Of a DNA stretch of 64,000 nt, positions 44,310 to 54,600 are shown in pieces. The position numbers and the translations under genes are program-made. The DNA comes from Rebecca billardiae RCC1528 (taxonomy: Eukaryota > Protista > Haptophyta), in contig OZ251228.1 in NCBI GenBank assembly GCA_965240325.2, positions 1,984,001-2,048,000 of the forward strand, given 5' to 3'. Under the pieces are notes generated by a model. It had not been told where the DNA came from. It did no database searches and saw only the letters and a program-made list of their open reading frames with translations. Each line of letters opens with the position of its first letter. The first letter of the stretch is position 1.

Positions 44310-45311
44310 ATGCTAGTTGACAATGGGGCCGCGCTAATCTTCATGGCCATGCACCGCAGGAGCACCTGGCGCGCCGTCGTCGTGATCATCGGTCTGGGCT
44401 CACGAGCGCACGTGGCAGCGGGCTCGGCATCAGGCGAGCTCAACTCTGCCCCCGGCGTCGCGCGCGCTCGGCAGCTCGCGCAGAGCGCCAGCTGCCAGCA
44501 AGCGGTCCACGAGACGCGCCGCGAATTCATGTGGCACCACACGATCAACGACGTGTACGTGAACGCGCCGCTGAAGCTTGTATTCATTCGAAACCCTAAG
44601 GCCGCGAGCACCGCGGTCTTGCGCCTCATGGTCAAGTACTCTGGTACGCACAGCAAAAGCCTGCAGGCGCCATACCTAGCCTTCCGAGATCGTACGATCG
44701 GCCGGCGCCGGAGGAGGATCGGCGCGTGGTGGCTGCCCGGTTTCGTCTGGGCGGAGAATATGACCGTCTTCACGGTCATCCGCGAGCCCATCGACGCCTT
44801 CGTTTCTGGGTACGCCGAGACCATGCGCCGGTGGCACAGGTGGGGCGGCCAGGCGCAGCCGCCGGAAAAGAGCAGCAGTGGCGTGTGCAAATCATTTGGC
44901 GTTGACTGCCTCGCGAGCGCGCGCGGCGCGGTGGACCGGTTCGAGACGTTCATCGACGACATGCGCGCGGGGCACGACTGCGGCCCGCAGGCGTACCACG
45001 CCTGGCCACAGATGATGAAGCTGGATATGGCCCTCCGCATCGACTTCATCGCGACGCTCCCGACGCTCGCCTCCGACTTTGAGGATTTAGTTCATCTCTC
45101 CACGGGCAGAAAACGGGCGCGCGTGCGATCTGCGCCTAAGAAGAATGCCGCCGCGACGAGCGACAAGTGCATCGCGGCGACGGAGAAGTGGGCGCTGCGC
45201 AACGCGTCCGAGGCAGCGCTCGACAAGCTGCACGCGTACCTTGCATCCGATCTGGAGTGCTTCCGGGGCATGCAGTTGAGCAGCTCCCGCCAATTGTCTA
45301 CTAGAGCCTAG
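44310..45311 (+). CDS. Golgi-type carbohydrate sulfotransferase (Sulfotransfer_2 family), intronless; start 44310 or 44343
   Basis: 5'-PSB motif FIRNPKAASTAV, 3'-PB motif FTVIREPIDAFVSGY, HAWPQ and YLASDLECF; N-terminal hydrophobic anchor. Confidence 0.85.
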   Translation: MLVDNGAALIFMAMHRRSTWRAVVVIIGLGSRAHVAAGSASGELNSAPGVARARQLAQSASCQQAVHETRREFMWHHTINDVYVNAPLKLVFIRNPKAASTAVLRLMVKYSGTHSKSLQAPYLAFRDRTIGRRRRRIGAWWLPGFVWAENMTVFTVIREPIDAFVSGYAETMRRWHRWGGQAQPPEKSSSGVCKSFGVDCLASARGAVDRFETFIDDMRAGHDCGPQAYHAWPQMMKLDMALRIDFIATLPTLASDFEDLVHLSTGRKRARVRSAPKKNAAATSDKCIAATEKWALRNASEAALDKLHAYLASDLECFRGMQLSSSRQLSTRA

Positions 45312-45777
45312 TATGAGCCCGAACCGCCCGCTTGTACACGCGAATATAACAGTAGGTATATGATATCCGCCCGAGTAGCGGTCTCCGGCCCGGCGGTTCG
45401 GACGGTGTCCGAGCCGAACTCGAAGCCGTCTTCTGGGCTACCGCGGCCGAGTACTACGGGGCGGTACGGGCTCAGGGGCTTTAGGCTGTCACCTTCTATC
45501 TGCTGGGACGGGTGGCAGCCCTGTCAGGTACCCTCCCTCTGCAGCTGGCCAGCCCCCAAGGCAGCGGTGTACCGGTACTTGCAGTGAAGCTGTGAAGTAC
45601 GTACTAACTCTATGATTTAAATTTTTATTAAAAACACAGGCACGAGGGCGCAGCTCTCCTGATTCGTCTGTCGAAGTACTGATTGGAGACAGAGGGTGTG
45701 AGCGCGTTGGCCGCGGGTGAGGACCTAGTCGTCGCCGATGCTGATCACTGCTTATTCATCAGTAGTAACTACATAAT

Positions 45778-48206
45778 AATTCCCCCTTATTTAAGTTATT
45801 TATAATAACGGGCTCCGGGTGATCGGACCGGCGTCCGAAAGTGACCTCCAGCCCTACCCTGCCCCTGGCCAGCCCCCCGCAACTGAACCACCACTGCCCG
45901 CCACCCAACCCGTCAAACCACGACTGATGGCCACTTAGTAGCCTGGTCCAAACGCACTGGAGCACTTTCGGGGATTTTATCGCCAAATGAATGCGGGCCC
46001 CTAGGCGCGCGCTCACACCCGGAAACAGCGTAGCAAATGGGCCCAGCCCGGGCGGAGCAAAAGTTTCGGCCTAAAAATCGCATCCGCGGCCCGTCGTGAG
46101 CGTGCGCGCGCGCGCCGCGGACAACTACGGACACATAGAGAATCGTCAGTCTGAATGTGGGTAAGTACTTAGCCGAAATGAGCCCAAACGCACGAACTTA
46201 CTTATTGGCGTACGTCGAGGCGAACATGAACCTTGGTACAGGCCATTAGGATGGGCTCTGGTCTGTGCGCAAGTGGCCGTACTCAACTACTGCAAGATTG
46301 ACTATATTACCCATTTGTACCCGCATAATATGGGAAATTTACCCGCATAAATATGCGTTCTGAGTCTGTGTAATTAAATGCCAGTATGTCGTTACATATT
46401 CGCCATAGGTGGGTAGCTGTCCCAGGCTGCACGATTAGTGCGGCGCTCGGGGTGCAGTGGTCGGACGAGGCTCCGCCTGGCCTTCCGCGCACTCCTGCAG
46501 ACAAGAAGAGGGCCGGACTCCCACCCGGCCAGGCGTGCGACAGTCGGTCAGGTGCTGGACCTGGTCTGGAGACCATCTCCTGCGTGGCGACTGGCCGATG
46601 TGCGGCACAACGCGCGCCGCCGTGAGCCACACGGCAGGTTCGCAACGGATCCGGATCGCGTGTCCATGGCGGCGTGCATCGAGTCATTCAAGCTGTCAAG
46701 TCGCGTGCCACGCCCGCCCATTCACTTGGGGCATCCGTACTGCCTACAACGACGACATGTGCGTCCTTAGACGAGGCATAATCGCGGTTCTAGCTGCTCG
46801 TCCAAGGGTCAGATCGCACGTCCTTGCTCGCCCGACAGCCTCAACGGCGGACTGATGTGATCCGCGGGTGACGATGCGACCGCTTCGAGTGCGCCTACGG
46901 CCACCACCGGGGTGGGGATCGTTCATGGGCACCCTCCGCGTGCCATGACATGCTCTGGCCGTGCGTGGTGACTTGACCCACCGCACGTAAACGGGGAAGA
47001 CACCCGAGCACGTGCTTCCGAGCCACCCGAATGGCACAATGTGCCACCCATGGACACCAAACACGTGCCAAAGCGCGAGCCTTGCGTGCTGGAGTAGCCG
47101 CACGACACCAAGGAAGACGTACGAGCGCTCTCAACCATCTTCAAGCGACGACTCCGTCGACTCTGCCTCGCAGACCGCGGTACGATCCTCGACCTTGTGC
47201 TCGCAGCAAAGGCCACGACGGTAAAGCAGCACCCAGGGGATGGGAGTCAGCCGGCAGCCACTACAATGTAACTGTACATACCCAGCCCCGCAAGGCGAGC
47301 CGTCCTGATCGCCCCCAGCCCGTCATACAGCTCCACGAGAAGCACAAATCGACTGCCGCCGCCTTGGGCGACCCATGCGCAAACGTGACGGGACTGGCCG
47401 GATGAAGCGTTGGCGATGCGCAGCGCGCCCAACGCTGGTGGTGGCATCGAGTACATGCTAGGGGTAGGCGGTGCCCCATGCGAGCCGTCGCGTGCCGCGC
47501 ATATTCCCGGAGGTGCCCCTTCTCGAAGGCGCAGCGCAACCCAGCAGCTGAGCGTTCGACGCGCGCCGTCGGGCGAGAAGTCGACCTGGCGACGGACCGC
47601 GGGCGGCGGAAGCAACGCAGACATGTCGCTTAAGGTGTGCACGCACACCGCCGGGGCACCCGAACGATGTGTCCAGCACTACACCTGACATGAGGCGGCG
47701 CAGTCGTCCAGTCGAGGCTCTCGAGCCCCTTCCGACCTCGTCGCGGCGAGCCGTCGGACGGCCGGTGGCGATTTTTGACGAGCGCGACGAGCGACGAGAA
47801 AAATCGGGAGAAATGAGGCGCCCAAAATCCGAAAAAGGCTTTTTCAGTGGCGACAATCGGGATGGACCAGGCTACACTTAGACCGAGACTGGCACCTTAA
47901 TTGCCTTATTGCCTCAGTGACACCACTCCACTGTGAGTGTGAGTCTGTGGACAGCCCGCCTCCACTCTCCAGAGGCAGAGTGAGAGGGGGCGGGGGTATG
48001 CCATTGGTTAGTGCCATTCACCATTGCCCATTGGCCATTGCCAACCAACGACACTCAACAGGAGTGGTGTCAAGACACTAGGTGTCTCGGTCAGTGGTTT
48101 GATGAGGTTGGGTGCCAGGGTGGTGGTTGGTTGGGGGCTGGCCAGGGTAGGGCTGGAGGCTTCGGCCGCCAGCCTGATCACCCGGAGCCCGTTATAAAGG
48201 GGAATT
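45778..48206. mobile_element. Degenerate TIR element (host), interrupted in its left arm; extra right-end copy ~48421-48535 and fragment ~30360-30388
   Basis: 45778-45930 is the reverse complement of ~48090-48206 (ggctggccagggtagggctggagg..gatcacccggagcccgttataaagggg). Homology resumes after the nested insertion (gaccgagac at 47881). Confidence 0.7.
45939..47874. mobile_element. 1.9-kb non-autonomous TIR element with TAG...CTA (Academ-like) termini and 7-bp TSD CACTTAG
   Basis: Termini tagcctggtcca ... tggaccaggcta. cacttag lies at 45932-45938 and 47875-47881. An alternative reading is GTAG termini with a 5-bp ACTTA TSD. Confidence 0.8.
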
Positions 48207-48634
48207 TTAAAAAGGACAACAGCCAGGGGTGCCCTGCCTACAGTGTCGACTGCTCATCTTATTCTTACTAAACGGTGTCAGAGCGCGCTCTCGAGCGCGT
48301 GCCTCCGAGCGCGGGGCGGCCGCTTGCTGCAATGGCCGCCTCGATGAGGTGCGGCAACGCGCCCCTCACCTGCCTGCGCCGGTCTGTTTTGTGGCGGTGT
48401 CTTTGTGCAATCATAGTAAGTTTGAGGTTGGGTGAGGGTGGTGGTTGGTTGGGGTTGGTTGGGGGCTGGCCAGGGTAGGGCTGGAGGCTTCGGCCGCCAG
48501 CCTGATCACCCGGAGCCCGTTATAAAGGGGAATTTGAAAAAACAACTGTAGACTCGATATGGGGGTACCACGGGACTACGTAGTACGTACGCAGGATAGT
48601 AGCAATGGCGCCGGGCGGGCTTGGGTTCGACAGC

Positions 48635-51600
48635 TCAGCCGTCGACGAGCGCGGCGAGCACCGCGTGGAGCAGCGACGCCGTCTCGCTCCGGCCGCTGCC
48701 CTTCTGCTTGCCGCCCCGGGGCGTGCGCGGACCACTCGGCCGGCCGAACGTCGCCTGCGCCGGCTTCTTCGTGGGCGTGCGCGGGCCGCCCTTCAGCCCG
48801 CCGCCGAATCCGATTGACGGCCGCGAGCCCGCGGTGCGCGCCATCGCGTGGTTCTTGCGCTCGATGGCGATGGCGAGGGACTGCAGCCGGCTGCTCGCAA
48901 ACGCACGCGCGCGTGGCGTGGGCGATGCCGTGAGCATGAGCACGCGCTCGCCCCCAGGCGCGGGCCTCGCGCGGCGCGGCGCGGCGCGGCACGGCGCGGC
49001 GCGGCGCACGCACCCGACTGACTCCTTGCGGCCGCGCATCTGCCGCGCGTACTCGGCGCGGCCTGCAAAGGCGCGCAGCGCGATGAGGCACGGCGTGGTC
49101 ACCTCCGGCTTCTCGCGGTGGATGGCGAGTAGCTCGGTCAGCACGTCCACCACGTCGGGCGCCGCAAACACCACGGGCATCATGTAGTCGTACCGGCACA
49201 CGTTGCGCAGCGCGCTCACCTGCGCGGCGTGCGCGGCCGGGCGGCGCGGCGGGTGGGGAGCAGCGCGGGGCAGGTCGGCGCGGCGTGTGGCCGGGCGCGC
49301 GTGAGCGCGGCGCTCGAGGCGCGCGCGCCTCGGCCGACCGACACCGGCCGCGCTTGCGCTTGCGCTTGCGCGCGGCCACGCACCGCATGAGTTGCCACCT
49401 GCACGTGCGGCGCTGAGCGGTTGCAGGTGCGCACGAGCTTGACGAGGACCGGGATGGCGCCCGAGCCGACGAGCTGCTCGCAGCACGAGGCGGAGGCGGA
49501 GGTGGAGAGGTCGAGGAGCTGCACCGCCTTGAGCACGAAGCCCAGGTTCGTCGAGGTGAGCAGCACCTGCACGCGCGCGCGCCGACGCGTCGACCAGTGG
49601 GCAGGCGGGTGGGGTGCGCGTGCGCGTGTGATTGGCGTGTCAGGAGCGAGGACGGGGCGCGGGTGCGGTGGCGCAAGGGTGCCCGGCTCTGGGCGAGTGG
49701 CGGGAAGCACGCGCACGCGCACGCGCGAGCGCGCGCGGCGCGCACCTGGAGCGAGCTCGCCGTCGCCTCGCCGATCTTGGGCTTGTGCGCCGCGGCCGCG
49801 TGCGCCGCGCGCAGCGCATCGCGCATCAGCCGCAGCTTGCGGCCCGCGCCCCGCTGCACGCGCCGTGCGCGCCACACGGACTGCACGCGAGTGACGCGCC
49901 AGCCGAGCTTGCGCACGCGCGAGCGCGCGACCGCGCCGCGCGCGAAGCGGTTGATCACCGCCGCGGCGGCGTGCGCGAAGCGGGCCCGGCGCACGCGGCG
50001 CGCGCGCGCGCGCGCCTCGCGCTGGATAGCCACGGCCGCGCGCCGCGCCGCGCGCGCGCCGACGCAGGCCAGGCTGAGTGCGGCGAGCGCGCGCGCCGTG
50101 GCGGCGTGCACGCGCGTGTACGCCCACGCGGTGAGCGTGCGCGCGGCGACGCGGCGGCGGACCTCGCGCAGCCGCAGCTCGCGCCGCGCGCGCGCGAGCT
50201 CGCGCCGCGCGAGCGCGCCGCGAGCAGCGGCCTGCACTGCGCGCGCCGCAGCCGTCTGCCGCAGTGCCAGTGCGCGCCGCGCGCCGCGCTGCAAGGCGCG
50301 CGCCGCGGAGTCGCGGCGCGCGCGCTCCATTCGCGCGGCGCGGCGCGCTGGCAGGGCGGCGAGCACGGCGCCGACGGCGCTCTCGCGCTCGAGCGCGCCG
50401 CGCCGAGCTGCCATGCCTCGGCCAATGCGCTGCAGCGCAACGGCAGCGTGCCGCGCGCGCTCCGCCGTGCGCCGGTCGCGCACAATCGCGCGACCGGCCG
50501 CGCCGCGCGCTGCGGCCTGCAGCGCGATGAGAGCGCGCGTGCGCGTGCGCGCGGCGTGCCGGGCGCGCATCCGGCGCGCGGCGGCCTGGAGGAGCAGCAC
50601 GCGCGCGCGCGAGCCGAGGAACGCGCGGCGTGCGAGCGTGGCGCGAGCCGCCGCCTGCACCGCCGTCGCCGCCGCGTCCGCGCGCCGAGCTGCTACGATG
50701 GCTCGAAGCATGGCGCGCACGCGCCGCGCGCCGAGCGCGCGCGCGGACGACTGCAGCCGCGTGGCCGCGCGCACGGCGCAGCGCAGCGCGTTGCGCGCCG
50801 CGAGGCGCCGAGCGTGCGCCTGCGCGAGCGTGGCCGCACGCCGCGCGCGCAAGAGCCCGGCCCGTGCGCGAGCGCGGCGTGCAGCGGCTGCGATGCGCGT
50901 GGCCGCCGAGCGCGCGGCGCGCAGCTGCCTCTTCGCCGCGAGCGTGCGCGCGGCCGCCTGCACGGCAGTCACGGCCGAGCGAGCCCTCGTCAGCTTGGCC
51001 ACGGCGGCACGCATGCGCGCGTGCGCGGCCAGCCGCACCTGCGCCGCCACGGCCGTGCGCAGCATGCCCATGGCGATGGCACCGCGGATGGCCGCCTGCA
51101 CCGCCGTCGCCGCCTCGGCCGCGCGCTTCGCGTCGGCGATGGCGGCGAGCGTGGCGCGCACACGCCGTGCGTGGAGCGCGCGCGCGGCCGCCTGCATCGA
51201 CACGGCCGCTGCAATAGCAGCACGGAGCGCCGTCCGCGCCGCGCGCCGGCGTGCGGCCGCCTGCACGCGCGTGGCCGCGGCACGCGCCGCGCGCAGCACG
51301 CACACCGCCGCGTGTCGGCGCGCCGCCGCCTCGAGCAGCGTCGCCGCAGCCCGCGCCGCAGTCAGCCGAGCCACCGCGGAGCGGCGGCGCGCGGCTGCAG
51401 CCAGCATGATCTGCGCCACGCGTGCGGTCTCGAGCTGCCACCACGCGCTGCGCCGGCGTGCAGCGGCTGCGATGCGCGTGGCCGCCGAGCGCGCGGCCCG
51501 CAGCTGCCTCTTCGCCGCGAGCGTGCGCGCGGCCGCCTGCATGGCAGTCGCGGCGGTGCGTGCCGCGGCCATCACGGCAACAGCGGCACGCATGCGCGCG

Positions 51601-54600
51601 TGCGCGGCCAGCCGCACCTGCGCCGCGATAGCCGTGCGCAGGGTGCGGACTGCAAGCGCGCCGCGCATCGCCGCCTGCACCGTCGTCGCCGCCTCGGCCG
51701 CGCGCTTCGCGTCGGCGATGGCGGCGAGCGTGGCGCGCACACGCCGTGCGTGGAGCGCGCGCGCGGCCGCCTGCATCGACACGGCCGCTGCAATAGCAGC
51801 ACGCAGCGCCGTCCGCGCCGCGCGCCGGCGTGCGGCCGCCTGCACGCGCGTGGCCGCGGCACGCGCCGCGCGCAGCACGCACACCGCCGCGTGTCGGCGC
51901 GCCGCCGCCTCGAGCAGCGTCGCCGCAGCCCGCGCCGCAGTCAGCCGAGCCACCGCGGAGCGGCGGCGCGCGGCTGCAGCCAGCATGATCTGCGCCACGC
52001 GTGCGGTCTCGAGCTGCCACCACGCGCTGCGCCGGCGTGCAGCGGCTGCGATGCGCGTGGCCGCCGAGCGCGCGGCCCGCAGCTGCCTCTTCGCCGCGAG
52101 CGTGCGCGCGGCCGCCTGCATGGCAGTCGCGGCGGTGCGTGCCGCGGCCATCACGGCAACAGCGGCACGCATGCGCGCGTGCGCGGCCAGCCGCACCTGC
52201 GCCGCGATAGCCGTGCGCAGGGTGCGGACTGCAAGCGCGCCGCGCATCGCCGCCTGCACCGTCGTCGCCGCCTCGGCCGCGCGCTTCGCGTCGGCGATGG
52301 CGGCGAGCGTGGCGCGCACACGCCGTGCGTGGAGCGCGCGCGCGGCCGCCTGCATCGACACGGCCGCTGCAATAGCAGCACGCAGCGCCGTCCGCGCCGC
52401 GCGCCGGCGTGCGGCCGCCTGCACGCGCGTGGCCGAAGCACGCGCCGCGCGCAGCGCGCACACCGCCGCGTGCCGGCGCGCCGCCGCCTCGAGCAGCGTC
52501 GCCGCAGCCCGCGCCGAAGTCAGCCGAGCCACCGCGGAGCGGCGACGCGCGGCCGCAGCCAGCATGATCTGCGCCACGCGTGCGGTCTCGAGCTGCCACC
52601 ACGCGCTGCGCCGGCGTGCAGCGGCTGCGACGCGCGTGGCCGCCGAGCGCGCGGCGCGCAGCTGCCTCTTCGCCGCGAGCGTGCGCGCGGCCGCCTGCAC
52701 GGCAGTCGCGGCCGAGCGAGCCCTCGCCAGCTTGGCCACGGCGGCACGCATTCGAGCGTGCGCGGCCAGCCGCACCTGCGCAGCCACGGCCGTGCGCAGG
52801 GCGCGGACCGCAAGCGCGCCGCGCATCGCCGCCTGCACCGTCGTCGCCGCCTCGGCCGCGCGCTTTGCGTCCGCGATGGCGGCGAGCGTGGCGCGCACAC
52901 GCCGTGCGTGGAGCGCGCGCGCGGCCGCCTGCATCGACACGGCCGCTGCAATAGCAGCACGGAGCGCCGTCCGCGCCGCGCGCCGGCGTGCGGCCGCCTG
53001 CACGCGCGTGGCCGAAGCACGCGCCGCGCGCAGCGCGCACACCGCCGCGTGCCGGCGCGCCGCCGCCTCGAGCAGCGTTGCCGCAGCCCGCGCCGCAGTC
53101 AGCCGAGCCACCGCGGAGCGGCGGCGCGCGGCCGCGGCCAGCATGATCTGCGCAACGCGTGCGGTCTCGAGCTGCCACCACGCGCTGCGCCGGCGTGCAG
53201 CGGCCGCGATGCGCGTGGCCGCCGAGCGCGCGGCCCGCAGCTGCCTCTTCGCCGCGAGCGTGCGCGCGGCCGCCTGCACGGCAGTCGCGGCCGAGCGAGC
53301 TGTCGTCAGCTTGGCCACGGCGGCACGCATGCGAGCGTGCGCGGCCAGCCGCACCTGCGCCGCGATAGCCGTGCGCAGGGTGCGGACTGCAAGCGCGCCG
53401 CGCATCGCCGCCTGCACCGTCGTCGCCGCCTCGGCCGCGCGCTTTGCGTCCGCGATGGCGGCGAGCGTGGCGCGCACACGCCGTGCGTGGAGCGCGCGCG
53501 CGGCCGCCTGCATCGACACGGCCGCCGCCACCGCAGCACGGAGCGCCGTCCGCGCCGCGCGCCGGCGTGCGGCCGCCTGCACGCGCGTGGCCGCGGCACG
53601 CGCCGTGCGCAGCAGCGCCGTTGCTGCGTGCCGGCGCGCCGCCGCCTCGAGCAGCGTCGCCGCAGCCCGCGCCGAAGACAGCCGAGCCACGGCCGCGCGC
53701 CGCAGTGAGGCGGCGCGCGCCGCCGCGTGCAGTGTTGCTACAGCCGCGCGGCGGCGCGCCGCGAGCGCGCGCGCGATGCGGCGGCGCGCGGCAGCGGCGA
53801 GGACGACCTGGCTCGCGCGCGCCGCGCGCAGCAGCGCACGCTCGCGCATGCCGCGCGCCGCGCGCTGCACGTACTCCGCGGCCGCTCGGCGCGCGGCGCG
53901 CGCGGCCGCGGCCGCGGCAACGGCCGTGGCATAGGCGAGCTCGCGTCGCGCGCGCAGCTCGGCGGCGGCGGCGCGCATGGCGAGCATGCCACGCGCGGCG
54001 AGGCCGATGCGCGCTGCGGCAGCTTCGCGTGCGCCGCACCGCGCGCGCCGCGCCGCGCGTGCGCGCCACGTGCACTGCACGCCGAGCGCCGCGCGCGCGC
54101 GCACGGCGGCGGCGAGCCTTGGGCGGTCGGCACTTGGCCGTGGCATGCCCGCGGCGCGCGCGCGCGCGCGCGCCTGCAGCGAGGCGGCGGCGGCGTGGGC
54201 GCGGCCGGCGTGCGTGAGGCGGTCGAAGAGGAAGGCGGTGAAGAGCACGACCATCCGCTCGTCCGGCACCGTGCCCACCGCGTCCGCTGCGCCCATCAGC
54301 ACGGGCACGCCGCCGAGCGCGCGCACGGCGCCGGCGAGCGCGCGGAAGTTCGACCGTTCGCCCTCACGCGCGGCGCGGTACTCGTCGTCGCTCGCGGCCA
54401 TGTTGAAGGTCTGCACCCAGCGGCCGGAGGCGGCGGCTTCGCGCTCCGCCGCCGCCTCGCGCGCCGAGTACGCGCCCTCGAGCGTGCTCACCGTCCCCTT
54501 GATCGCCTCGCGCGGCAGCAGCCACGGCGTGTACGCGTGCACGAGGCAGCAGAGCGCGCGCCCGTCTGCGAACGAGGTCGAGAGATTGCGCACGCTCACG

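Noticed and set aside
49216-54075. Several >1300-aa overlapping ORFs across the ASPM repeat
   Set aside because: Shadow ORFs of GC-rich repetitive coding DNA.
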